This document shows, piece after piece, positions 51,201-64,000 of a stretch of 64,000 bases of DNA (position 1 is the first letter of the stretch; each line of letters opens with the position of its first letter). The DNA comes from a virus (Duplodnaviria > Caudoviricetes): the IMG/VR virus record IMGVR_UViG_2893967813_000002, positions 1-64,000 of that record, one strand, 5' to 3'. The notes under the pieces were generated by a model. It made no database searches. It saw only the letters and a list, made by a program, of their open reading frames with translations, and had not been told where the DNA came from. A program made the translations under genes and the position numbers.

Positions 51201-54200
51201 TCATCGTTTTCGGCAACTGTCTGACGATGTGGGTCGGCAACCGCATAATTGCCTACTTTCAGTTCATACTGCTTTGCCACATCGGAGGCTTCTCCCAATA
51301 TGCTTCTATATCTGCCCGGCTCTGCAAGGTTCTCGTAGCTTCGCCACAAGATGTAGCGAAGTTCGTTATCCGATAGAGTAACCCCTCTGAAATCTTCAAA
51401 GCCTATCTTATGGAGCATATTCAGGAAGAAATCCTTTATCTGCCGCCACCAACCTGCATTGATATTTTCAAATTCGGTATCTTCGGCAAGCGAAGCCAGA
51501 TATTCTTCGGTAGCCTTACGGAAATCCCAACCGTTTTTTGCAGCCATATCTACAATGCGTCTGCGAATGCTTTCTTCTGCATTGTTGAATACATTATCGA
51601 GGAATGTATCAAAATGTTCGCCGAACAACTGGCGCAAACCATAATGCGCCACAGCCTCATGCAGCAGTGTCTGTTCTACATCAAACGTACTTGTATGGTT
51701 GGGAATGACAATGGTTATCTTCCCTGTACTCTTCGAGTAGAAGCCTTTTGCACGCTGTTTCTTGCCCTCCAAAGTGCTTGCATCAGTAACGACCTCAACA
51801 TTGTCAAGATGCAGCTTCTTTGCAAATTTCTCGACACGTTCAGCCATTCTCCTACGCTCACGCTCGGCAAACTCTCTGCGCTGTTTTCTCGTTCCTCTCG
51901 GTTTGCCAAGAGCCTTTGAAACAGGGTCGCTCTCCATTGCCAACTCATCATCAGTATATGTTCCTACACCATCACGATAGTCGTTGGCAATCTCTGCATT
52001 GAGAGCGTTAATCTGCTCGTCTGTAATAGCACCGTCCTGTCTGCGTTGAGGCTCACGACCTGCTGCCTTTACCAATTTGTCCACTTCCGTAGGAGTGAGC
52101 AGACGGTTTACACGCATTGCGCCTGTGATTATCCACGGGTCTGTCTCGGGGTTTGGATTGGTACGATAGGTATATGCACCATTTTCCGGCACTCTCGCAA
52201 ACCTGCATAGCTATGTTGGAACTTGCCATTCTGATTGTAGCCATAACTCATAGCCTCCTCTTGGTAGTCCACATCGTTAGCATATTCTACCTCTGCCCAT
52301 ACAAAGTTTGCAGGGAACAATGTGCGCTCGCCGTTCTCATCATTGCGGTTGAACTGCAAAGCGTATGGAATTTCACCCAAGTGCCAACCGGGGCGATAGG
52401 CAAGTTTGCCACTTCCGCCCTGTGTACCTTTGCCGCCGGCCTTAACCTGTGAACGTCCTGTCTTGCTCTGTCCTGCAATAGGAGCTGCATCTGCATCAAG
52501 CCATACGCCAACAGGTGTAGCCTCGCCATTAGGGTTGGCTACCATTGGTGGATAAAGTTCGCCGTTCTTCAACACGAATACCTTGTAACCGATACCTGTG
52601 TTGATTGGTGCTGCTTCCTCACGGATACGATACATAGTATCATCACTGCGATACAAAGTGTCGTCATCCTCATCGGTCTTTTCAAGATTATCAGCAGCCT
52701 CAACAGAAGCATCCATTTCTGCGTACTTGGCTTCTTTTTCCTCCAACTCTTTCTTCATCTTCTCGGCATAGTCATCGTATTGCTCACGAGCCTGTGCCAA
52801 TTCTGCCTCATACTCAAAAGGCTTGCCCTCTCTTGACAACAACTGCTCCAACTCTGCTTCGTTGTGTTTCTTGTTGCGGTGTGCCGCCTCTAAACGCTCA
52901 GCAAAGTCTCTGCCTGTAATCACGTTCTTGGTAATATCCTCAATCGCATTACGAAGCAGGTTTTGACGTACAGGAATATCCTCTATGCCAAGTTCCGGGC
53001 AAGAGTAGTGCATTTTGCGCTCTACATCATTGAACAGGGTCGCACCGTCACGAACAGTCTGCCTTGTCAATTTGGTGGTAACAACAAATGAGAAGTCGCC
53101 AATCTTTATAGTCAGCTCTCGTTTCTGCTCGCCTGCAATCTCGCCGTCTTTCATCTGCTTCATTTCGGCAAGGACACTCTTGTTGTGTTCCTTGAAGAAA
53201 TCTTCCATTGCCTCAACAGAAGCAAAACGATGTTTGCCAATGATGATTTCGGTAAACTTGCCATCGGGGAATGCTGATTGTACGGCTTCCAAATATCGGC
53301 TATTATCCTCTATTCGTTTCTCGGCATCCTTGATAAAGGCTTTAATCCTCGGCTTCGCATTGTGGATATAGGTTTGGTCTGCCTCCCATTGCTTTTTACG
53401 GCTTGCATACTTGCGGACATTCTTTTCTGCATTGTTTTTCAACATTGCATACTCGCTGCCGGAGAGCTGCGCCACGGTATCGCCGAACACATCTTCTTCC
53501 TCCTCAAGCACACGATTTGTCATACTGTTCGCCATCATCTGCTTGCCGTTCATAATGCTGTCAGCAATAGCACCCTTTGTTTTCAGTCGTTGGTATGCTG
53601 TAACGTCCAAGCTATCCTCAACACCGAAACGCAACACACGAACAGGCTTGCCCATTGCTTTATGCAGGTTGCCCTGTCGCAAGATACGTCCATTGCGCTG
53701 TGTGTAGTCCATTGGGCGGTTAGGTGCGTCCAAGTGTATCAATGTGTGCAGACGCTCCTGTATGTTCACACCTGTACCAAGAGTAAAGGTAGAGCCAAGT
53801 ATCACACGAACTTCACCACGGTTTACCTTCTCGAAGATTTCAAGTTTCTTCTTGACGGTCATTCCCGACTTCATTACAACAATCTCATCGGCAGGAACAC
53901 CCTCGGCAATCAGTTTGGCACGAATATCCTCATACAGATTGAAACCACTCTCTTTGTTCTGATAGTTATCAGCAAAGATGGCAACTGTTCCCTTGTAGTC
54001 GGCAGTTTCTTTCAGTGAACGCAGTGTTTGCCTTACCGCCTCATTGGTCTTGCTGTGTGCATCGTCCTCTGCATCGGATTGTACCAAGCGAGCATCAACG
54101 GCTGCGGCTTTGGCAATACCATACATAGTGAGTGGAATATGGCTGTTCTCTTTCTTCTCCTTGCCGCTCATCTTGTCGTATTCTTCAAGTTGAGCCTTGA

Positions 54201-57200
54201 CGAACTTCATAATGCTACGCAAAGCACGTGTCTGTGGCAGGTAGAGGTCTTGCGCCTTGCTTTCTTCCATCTCGGGTATCTTATCGCTTACGCCTCCTGC
54301 TTCCCTTGTGAGAACGGTATCAGATACGCCCGACCATATACGCACCAACTCGGGGAGGTTTACATAACCTGCAAAGCGGTTGTTCTCCTTGAACTTTCCG
54401 CTTGTGGTGAACTCCAACATCTGCTGAATGTTTCCGAAGTTGCGTACAAAATCATCGAAATAGTAGATACCGTATTCCTCCATAGTGTCGGCAGGCATCA
54501 GATAGCGCATAAACGTCCATATCTCGGCTGCTGTGTTGCTTATAGGTGTACCTGTGGCGAAGATTACGTTTCGTCCGTTGTTCTTCTCCAATACAGCCTG
54601 TGTCTTCAAGTACACGCCTTGCGACTTCTTGCTGTATGACGGGTCCACACCCTTAACACCACGCTGCATAGCGGTGGCAAATCCGAGGTGCTTGTATTCG
54701 TGTGCCTCATCAATGAGCAGGGCATCAATACCCATATCATCGAAGTTCTCGACATCATCAGTCCTGCGGTCGAGCATTTCCATTGCCTTGACTTCTGCGT
54801 TCTGCAATGCAACAGCACGTTTCTTCTCATCTGCGGCAGTACGTTTCTTTGCACTCTCATCACTCAACCCTGCAAGTTGTTCCTCCAACAGTTCGATTTC
54901 TCTTTCAGCCTGTCGGGTAATCATACTCTTGCCGTTAGGGTCTGCCTCTTTCATCTTCTCAAGCACAAGCATTTTCTCCTCAATCTTCGACTGAACGAAT
55001 GCCATTTGTCGCTCCTCGCTGTCTGGGATAAACTCAAATGTAGATTGAGGCACTACAATCATATCCCAATCATTGTAGCGTATCTTGGCATAGAAGTTCT
55101 TTCTTCCCTCTGCGCTGCGGTCTGCTTCTTCGAGGGTCAAAATCTTTGCATTGGGGTAGAGTTCCTTTGCACTTGCAACAAACTGTCCTACGGTGGCATT
55201 CTGCACCACAATCATAGGTTTGCGTGCAGTACCCAAGCGGCGCATCTCCATTGCAGTTGATATAAGAGTGAATGTCTTACCTGTACCAACCTCGTGAGCA
55301 AGCAACAACGGCTGCATCGTTCCCCTTACAATGGCTCTGCCTTGATGTGGGCGCATCTTGAACTTGTGCGATGCACCGCCGAAGTATTCCGGCACAAAGT
55401 CATCGGGTATGCTCATAGGCACATAGTTGTTGAACGTGTCGTTATAGATACGCTCCATACGCTCGCTCATTTCCGCATCACTCTGCATCTTCTGCCTTGC
55501 CCACTCCTTGAAGTCCTGACGTATCTCGTCAATCTTGGCAGCACAAGCCTGTGTCGCCTCCTTGTCGGTAATGGTCTCGGTAGAACCGTCCCAATTCTTC
55601 TTAACGGTAGAAACGGTGATGCTTCTGTTCTGAATGGCTGCTTCAATAAGGGTGTGTCCCATAACGGTACGACCGAGCATTTCGCTTGTAACGCCCATAG
55701 CACGGTTCTTCTCGTAGTTGGTAAAATATGGTTCATTCATAAACCAAGTACCGCCTACGGCTGTGAATTGCACGCCTACCTCGGTGCGCTCTTTCACATA
55801 TTCCTCGTACATCTTCGGCTCTATCCAAGAACTACCCAGAGTGAAGTCAATCAAGTGGGCAGGAATATCCATAGGAACAACCTCCTGCAATGCCTTGATA
55901 TTGCTGTCATACTCGCCGTTCTCGTTGTTCTCCTGTGCTTGGCGCAGTTTCTCACGCACATTGCCGCTCAAATACTGATAAGAAACCTCTATCTGTCGGG
56001 TAGTAGGGTCTTCAAATCCGTAACCGCTCTCGATGATTTCTTTCTTAACGGCTTCCTCGCTCTGTCCGAGCTGCTCTGCAATGTATGGAACATCAACACG
56101 ACCGAACTTGAAGATACTTGCGATGATACCGTCCTTTACATTGGTTGGGGTCGGCTCTTTCTCTTTCTCGACAACACGTTTGCTGAATACATCGGTCTTG
56201 CCGAACTTCTGTACCTTGTTGCCCTTTGCATCGGCTGTTTCTTCAAACTTTTCAAGAGCAAACACGTTGGCATAGTCCACATCGTTGCGGAGGAACGCAA
56301 TAGCGGTGTTCTTGTTGAAATGTCCGTAAGTGGCTACAAAATCATCATAAGCCTTGTTGAGTTTGGCAAGCAAAGGCTTCAAACCCTTGTCATCATCATT
56401 GTTGGTTTGGTAATCGAGAACTTCTGCAAGTGCTTCCTTGATGGCGGTGTATGCCTCAAAGCATTCAACCTTTGTGTGTCCCTTTACCTTGTTGGCATTC
56501 ACTTCGAGGGGCTGTGCAGCACCGATGGCGTTGATATACAACTTTCCGTCACTAATGAACACCTCACCAATCTTCTTGCCGGGTATTGCATCAATAACCT
56601 CAATCTCATCAGTAGCCTTGTCGCCAAATTCCTCTGCGGTGAACGACTGAACGAACTCTGCCAACATCTGCTCCTGCTTCTTATCCTGTTTAGGATACAA
56701 GCCCTTGCTTGTCGGACGGAATGTGTCGCCCTTTTCAAAGGCGAAGTGCATTTCACCTGCCATATTCTCGGGGTGTTCAATGAAATACTGATTGTAGTCC
56801 ATTGAAAGCTGCTTCACAACAGGAACAATTTGCCCATTTTTCTTGCGTGTTTCGCCTGTGTTGTACTCTGCCATACGCTCACCCGAAACGTTGCTTACAT
56901 CAATAGCGTGGGCAGACTTCTTGCCGTTCACACGCTTGCGAATGACAATGATGTCCGAGGTTACACCTGTACCGCCGAAAGTCTTGTTGTGCATACGGAA
57001 CGCACCAACAAAGTCTGCGCCTCCCTCATTCACAATCCAATCACGTAGTTTCTTGCTACTGTCAAGCGTACCATTGGACGTGATGAAGATACCCAAACCA
57101 CCCTCACGCAGTTTGCGCACATTCTTCGCTATACAGAAATCGTGTATGTTGTGGAATTTCTTTGACAGGTCTTTGTCGCCTGTGGTATCGTTCACACGCA

Positions 57201-60200
57201 AACCTGTTACAAACGGAACATTGGTAATAGCCAAGTCCACGCTACCATTGGCAATGCGTGTCTGCTCAAAACCCTGTATCTCCACCTTTGCATCGGGATA
57301 CAAGAGAGAGAGAATGCCGCCCGATGTACCGTCAATCTCAATGGCGTGAATATCGCTTTGCTCGCTGATGTGAGTAGGCATCTGTCCCAAGATGTTACCG
57401 ATACCTGCCGAGCCTTCAAGAATGTTGCCGCCCTTGAAGCCCATTTGCTCTGCAATATCCCAAAGAGTATCTACAACGTATGCAGGGGTGTAATATGCAC
57501 TATTGGCACTCATCACCGCCTCCTGGTATGCAGCCTCTCCAAGCAATTCACGAAGTCGCTTTGCGATATTGTTGGGGGCGTAGTATGTTCCCTCGCTGAA
57601 AACCTTACCTAAACCGCCCCAACCGCTGAACTTGCGGAGGGTCTGCATCTGCTTCTTGGTAGCCTGTTCGCCGCTCTCAATGAGTTGCTGCGCCAACTCG
57701 ATAGCCTTTATATTAGCTTCGATACGTGCATCTACGGAAGTAGGGGCGTGGTCTTTGCCTCGCTCTGAATGGTTGTTGCGAGTGTTCTTTGGCTCGGTTA
57801 CGGTGTCTGAAAGTCGAGGTCGCACAGTCCTATCGACTGCATCGCCTGTTCTTTTTCCTCCGAGGTCAGTTCCTCGACTGTCTTGTTGATTGTTTTCGCT
57901 ACTTGTTTCAGTGCCTCTTGATAATCCTTGCTCGTGTCGATTACCGTTGGCTGACACTCCTTCGGAGCGTTCTGCATCAGTTCTCTGTAATCCATTTTCG
58001 TTGTTCGTTTCGTTATCAAATAAGCTGTCAAACAAACCCAACTCGCTTGACTGCTGTGAATTTACTGCTTTTTTCTCGTTCTTTTTACGTGCAGGGCGGC
58101 TTTTTTTGATGCGTTCCTGTGCAATCTCTGCCTCTTGTTCCACCTCCGCCTCTCTCGTTACGGTTTCGGCAGTGGCAAGTGCATCAATGCTTGTCTTGCC
58201 GAAATTCGCCACGTCAAACTTCTGTACCTCATCGTATGGAGTCATGTCGGCATCCAGTCCGTTTTCTGCCACCTCCGGCAAATCCCTCGCACCATTATAG
58301 AACGCTTTGAGGTATGGGCGTATGGCATCGCCCAAGTCTGCAATCATGGCTGTTGCATACTCGGCAAATTTGCGTGTGCCTTTCTCGATATGATAGACAG
58401 CCATTTCCGTACCGATGGCAAGTGTTTCCGGGTCTATTCCCATATTCATTTGACCGAGCAACTTCTTGCGCATACGCTCACGGAGTTCTGCATAACGTTC
58501 ATCGGTAACAAGACGATTGCCACTCGGATTATTTTCCGACTTAGATTCTTGCTCTGTGGCTTCCGCTTTTTCTGTACGTACAATCTCCCTAATCTTAACC
58601 TTGTTTCAAGAATGGTTTCAACAGCGTCACGCAGTTCCTGATTAAAATTCTTGGGATTACGTACAATCTCCAACATTTCTTCAGGACTGTTTGCAGTATA
58701 ATTGAAACGTCCATCCCCGATAGGGATAGGTCCGCTCACATCATCACGCTTCAATGTGGTTAATCCCGTTTTCTTATCAACAGAAACAGAATATTGCCAT
58801 ACAGGGGTGTATTCCTGTCTTTCTTCCGGCTTTGATGTTTCCGAAAGTTGAGGTTCTGCAAACTGCACATTACCGTCATTGACAGCCTGCATATCAGACA
58901 TTGAGACAGGCGGTTGTGATTGTGCATCAGTTGCATATTCTGCCAAGCGTTCAGCATCTTCCTTGCTCCGCATCATGAAGCCTTGCTTTTCCTTATCCCA
59001 CCAGCCTTTCAGTTGTTTGGCAAACATTGTGGTGTGCTTCCGAACAGTATCTCTTAATTCATCATTAAACTTCACAAGGTGCATATCCAACACCTTACCT
59101 CTTTTGGTGGTGTATTGTGCCTGAGTAATGGTGTATGCAGCATCAGTCGGTGTTGTCGTTTCTTCATTGAAATTGTTTTGTTCCAATTTCCGCTGTTCAG
59201 TAAAGAGGTCGTTTATTTCGGAAATAATGCGGGCTTCCTCAAATATATCACTCTGACCATGTGCGGCTTCTTGTTCCTTGTGCAGTTCTTCAATGCGTGA
59301 TTTGATTTCAGAAAGTCTGTTGACTTGTGTACTTGAACTCTGTTCCTCAACACTTTTAACTGATTTGTATTCAGCAAACGCTTTAGTCTTACGGTGGCTA
59401 CTATCTATCCACTTCTCGAAATCCTCTAAGTTGACACCGGTCACCACTGTCTTGTGTTTCTTCGCCCAGTCGTTGTCATAATTCGCAAAGTAAGCTGCTT
59501 CGGCATCGTCAGTCTCATTGAAACCAAGCATTACCTTATGCTCATCAAAGCTGCCGTCCTCATTATACTGGTCCACCACGAACACCCTGCGTCCGTTCCA
59601 AGCGTCAATATCATCAGAGAGGAACACGTCTATGTGGTCTCCATCCACGCCCTCCGTGCCACGAATGTAGCCGTAGGTGTTCTGCATGGTTGTTTCCCAC
59701 TTATTGCCGTTGGCATCCACACCGCTGCGCACACTGCCTTTAGGTTGCTCGATAGTAATATCGAACACCCCGACCTGCACATGACCTTTCTTATAATTTC
59801 CGGCTTCTTTCTGCGCTTCGGTCGGATTTACATCAACTTCCGCTTCTGCCGCTGCAATTTTTTCTCCTAACTCACTGCTTTTAACAGAATTATTTGTACC
59901 TTTGCTATCAGAAAGCATAGTGGTTTGAGGCGCATCCGTGCCCTCGGTAGCGAGGTCAGACACATTCCCTTGCGGCGAGTATAAGCCTTGTTCCATGTCT
60001 GAGGCATCAGAAACATTATCGGCGTGTTTCCAAACCATTTTTCCTTTAGTAAGGAGGTTCGCAATGGCGTTCCTCCTTTTTTCTTGGTTGGAAACAACTA
60101 CCTCTTTACCGTCTTTGCTGACTGTGATTGAAGTGAAATAATAATACCGAGAACCGTCAGCTTTTTTAAATGAACGTATGAATACATAGGAAGATGGACG

Positions 60201-63200
60201 TTCTGTAGTATCTCCCTCTTTGGCTTCACTAACATCTTCTATGATAGCATGAGGATGTTCAAGTGTAGGTTTAATCATACCCAATTTACCATTTCTGCCT
60301 TGTCGCATCAATTTTGTAAATTGGTTTTCACCCATTTTTACATTGCCTATCGGTGTTGTGACGATACCATCTTCACCGAATAGGGCATCCCAGTTTTCAA
60401 TAGTGAGGTCTATTTCAGGAGCAATTTCAGCACTCAATTCCATATCTGCAATGAAGTCTTGTGCTTCATCCGCAGTCATGGAACGGCCAATTACTTCCGT
60501 TGCATCATTTTCCTCTTCTTTATTTCCTCTATCTTCGCTCTCAACTCCGCTTCTTCCACCATCTCTTTCAATTCTTCCTCCACTGTCGGCTGTCCCATTT
60601 CCGTCCTCAACTCGTTCTCCTGCCGGAGCATCTCCCCAGCTTCCTTGCTGCCCTCGTTGGCCTGTTGCAGTATCGCCAACCAATACATTGCTTCGCTGTT
60701 GTCCATCGTAGATAATGTTTAATGTTTCGTAAATAGCCTGTGCAAGCGTCCGGGGAGTGTTGTCCGGCTGCTCGAACAGGGTTGCTTCCTGTGTGCCTTG
60801 AATAAGGTCATAGATTCTGTTAAATGTATTTTGGATAATGCCTTGGGTTTCTCCCTTGTACATCGTTGCCAAAAGCAATGCGAAGTTACTGAAATTATCG
60901 GCAGGGAGATAACTTTCGCCCGTTGCATCATCAATCTGGTATTGGTGTTTCCAACTTTCAACGGCTATCCGTGCCTCTTTGAAATTTTTCGCATCGGTAA
61001 ATTGTTTGTCCTGCGACAAGGCATAATAAGCCCGGATTGAGTTCTGTATCTCCTCAACCATACGCTCTGCATTCGGACTGTCATAATCCCGGAATGCCGT
61101 TGCGAGAATAGCCTTTTGAGCCTTTACAGGCAACGCGTTGAACATTTCTTCAAGACGGACACTGCCACCCTTGAAAATGCTCTGATACATGATTCCACGC
61201 AAATCATTCTTGGCTTCGGCGGTCAGGTTACCCTTGCTGTCAAATGCGCTGCTGTATTGGGTCGGTGTGATGTAGCCTTTCTGCATCATCCATTTCAATA
61301 CATTTGTACCGTTGGCATCCACGAGTCCTGCAAATGAAGTCTCCTCATCGCTCGAAGCAAGCAATAGGTTGGCGAACGAACGCATATCATTGCCCATCTT
61401 CTGCATGATGTTCTTGGGCTTTATACGTTCTATACCTCCGCTTTCTGTGTCCTGTGCGACAAACTGACCGAGATTGATAGCCTCGGTATCGTCCACTTCA
61501 AGCATATTAACGAGGACAGGACGTTCCACAGAATCAATATCCTCGGCACGCAATCCAAATTCGTCTGCGTGGTCTTTCAGATACTGCTTGTACTGCTCTG
61601 CCTGGTCTTTGTGACCATACCACATCTGACGGAGTGCGTCACTTCGGTTGTTGCCCTGTATGACTTCCCCTCGTGCATTTATGGTAGGTGCGCCTGTATA
61701 TGCAGTGACAGAAGATGTGATTTCTTCAGGACGAATGTTTCCGGCAATCTTTCGGGCAGACAATACGCTTGCTTCATCATTACGCTCCTTTGGCTGTGCC
61801 TCATCAATGAAGTGAAGCGGATTTCGCACACCTTGAACGTGACTCGGTTGCAACAAGTTTGCATCAATCACGGATATACGACCGCCTACAATAGCATCAT
61901 CACTGAATTTTACGGATACCTCCTTTCCCATCAATGCCTGTACAGGCTCTTGTCTGTCTATCTTATGACCGTTCATGCGTCTGTAACCTCTTGCCCGTGC
62001 ATCCTGCGGCTTGTCGTCCACCATGTCCGGCACTCCGTTTAGGGCTTCACGCTCGATGCGTTCTACCTCCTCACGTTCGGCACGCAACTTTTCTTCTTCC
62101 GCCTTTCTCAATGCGGCTGCTTCATCGGCAATGCGTCTGCGTTCAGCATCCGCTTCCATTTTTCTGCGATTGGCGGTACCGGCTATCTTCTGCCAAACGA
62201 GCAATTCCTGTTTGGCCGCATCAATCGCCGCCTTGCGTTCTTTCTCGGAAGCAATTTTTTCGGCAATAGAATTACCGCCTTTCGATTTGGCTTTCTCCTG
62301 TTTCTTCAAGGCTTCTTCCTTGTCGGCAACCATTCCATCGGCTACAGTCTGTGCCATAGCCTCATCACCCTCGGTCTGTTCCACAATGGCATCCCAAGCT
62401 GTGTCGCTGTCGGCCTGCTCATATAATGGATTTCCCTGCTCATCCTTTGGTATTCTCTGCATTGCAGGAATATTTTGATGGGCATTGTTATCATTTTCGG
62501 GAATATTTTCCGCACCATTGTTGCTCTCATTTTCGGCAGGATGTTCAAATGTCACTCCGTTATGCTCCAACAGCATATTGTCAAGTTCATCACGAGTGAA
62601 CAGGTTCACACGCTTGCCGTTGATAGGAGCTTCGGTAAATACCTCATACTTGCCGTCCGCATCGGCATCTGCTGTGATATTGCCACGGACGGTAACACCG
62701 TTCTCATCGGTAAGCGAAACAATGTCATTGAGGGCGTATTGTGGTCTTTCAGCCTCTTGCATTTCCTGTTTCCGTTCGGTATTCTCAATGGTTCTCTGCT
62801 GCTCGAACTGCGCCACACGTGCCAAATTTGCCGCATCAGCCTGTTGCTGTATGGTTTCTTTTGCCAACGGGAAGATATTCACGCCGTCACTCACGTTAAC
62901 TGTGCCGTCCCCATTATCCACAATACCGTCTTCGTTGGCTACAATCTGAACCTGTATCTGTGCGTCATCTCCTGTAATGGTGTATGTATCGCCGGGGTTG
63001 AATGTAACCACACCGTCAATCTTGTCGGATGCTTCTTGTGCGAACTGTTGAATGATAGCCTCCTCCGCTGTCATTTTCTCATCGGATGGGTTCAACGGTT
63101 CATCAATGTTCAATACGGCATCGGGCGACACCTGTTCGAGTGCGCCTGTTTCCGCATCACGGACAATGATGCTACCGTCCGAAGCCTGATTGTCAATGCT

Positions 63201-64000
63201 GCTGCCGTCTGCATATGGCACAAGGTTTCCACTCACGACATACACGCGGCGGTCGTCCTGTTTCATCGTTGCCCCCTGTATCATGCCATTGGTGCGGTTG
63301 GTACGTGCATCGACCATTGCATTGCTTTGCTCCACACGTGCATCTATGTCATCACGCACACGTTGAATCATACCGTCATATACCTGCTTGGCATTTAGGT
63401 AGTCCAATATGATGTCTGCACGCTCATGTCCTTGTTCGTTGCCGCTGCTCGATGCGTTCCGTGCCTCGTTCAGCCAGTCCACAGCATCATTCACAAGGGC
63501 TTCATCGTTCACTCCCAGCTCGCGTTTCATCCTCTCCCTCTGGTACTCGTACATATTCTTGGCATCGGTCATTTCCTGTGGGTCTGCGATATTGTAACCA
63601 TCAATGTAGCTTTCATCCATTGACTGCACATCCTCGTCCTGTTCGCCGCCCCGTTTCTGTACGAGAGTACCGAGGTTAAAGCCCCTCATCATCAACGAAC
63701 GCTCCATGTAGGTAAGGATTGCGGCTCTCTCATCGTCAGAGAAATTCTTGTCGTTTACAATTCCATCTGCCACGCTGCCAATGTCATCATTGGTCGTAAG
63801 GTCGATAGTCGTCCTTAACGGTTCCCATATTTCTTTGCCAAGCAATTCTGTTGCACGGGCATCAGCCTTGTTTACTCCGTGCTTCATTGAAGCATACTGC
63901 GCTCCTGACAATGTAGCCTTACCTGCGCCCATCAATCCCATAGAAAGAGCCATGCCGCCCCAAATGTCGCCGTGGAATTGTCCTGTTGCAAGCAAGTTGG
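48262..64000 (-). CDS. Giant DarB-like polyvalent protein (>5,200 aa), split into 4 ORFs by three single-base indels; 5' end outside window
   Basis: ParB-like (~62050-61200), RelE/PBECR-like (~60450-60000), pyrophosphatase-like (~59830-59400), N6-MTase (ILEGSAGIG, NVPF), SNF2 (HEVGTGKT, DEAH, QRNGRILRQGN), HExxH (HEAVAH, ~51650) and LPD38-like C-terminus; frames join at ~58605, ~52190 and ~49068. Confidence 0.8.

Larger units (their letters stand above)
6599..64000. mobile_element. Temperate prophage with podovirus-like structural genes, continuing beyond the right edge
   Basis: Repressor switch, recombination/replication, lysis, tail, capsid, scaffold, terminase, portal and DarB-like genes in sequence. 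Confidence 0.95.

Noticed and set aside
55294-56805. Long plus-strand ORFs opposite structural genes (also 33471..34247, 62475..63398, 48502..49149)
   Set aside because: Antisense shadows of well-supported minus-strand genes, with no motifs of their own
48262-63995. Four separate giant ORFs
   Set aside because: Each junction is repaired by one base and overlapping frames read as continuous protein
6599-64000. Amber stop-codon reassignment in the phage
   Set aside because: Long phage genes are open in the standard code and some end in TAG; breaks are frameshifts, not in-frame stops
1-64000. Second VR or additional DGR target
   Set aside because: No other copy of the TR sequence was seen by eye; an A-mismatch-tolerant alignment against the whole genome is needed to exclude remote targets

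Overview
This window holds Bacteroidales-type DNA (TAnnTTTG promoters) with two adjacent mobile elements. (1) ~1-6565 is a small integrative mobilizable element: tyrosine integrase, oriT candidate, MobC, relaxase and the end of a GajB-like UvrD helicase. (2) ~6599-64000 is a temperate prophage that runs off the right edge. It carries a repressor/cro switch, RecT/exonuclease/SNF2/VRR-NUC/DnaC-like early genes, a C5 methyltransferase, a lysis cassette, podovirus-like tail genes, major capsid, scaffold, terminase, portal and a >5,200-aa DarB-like polyvalent protein. The two elements meet at a 33-bp copy of what looks like the 3' end of host ppdK, a likely shared attachment site. The standout system is a complete diversity-generating retroelement (DGR). 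It has an RT at 28044-29531, a template repeat at 29637-29746 and a variable repeat at 30621-30730. All 7 mismatches fall at template adenines, and the target is the C-terminus of a 2,646-aa tail/adhesin protein. The cassette has no recognisable avd gene. Instead a RelE/HigA-type toxin-antitoxin pair sits between VR and TR, and the RT has a ~110-aa C-terminal extension. Other leads are a phage rhomboid-like protease near a capsid protein with a signal/TM-like N-terminus, a tRNA-like RNA with an expanded anticodon loop, a CotH-like kinase domain inside the DGR target, and a conserved putative late-promoter motif. Caveat: about 15 single-base indels, mostly in short homopolymers, split or fuse genes and probably reflect sequencing or assembly error. 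All family assignments come from motif recognition by eye, not database searches.
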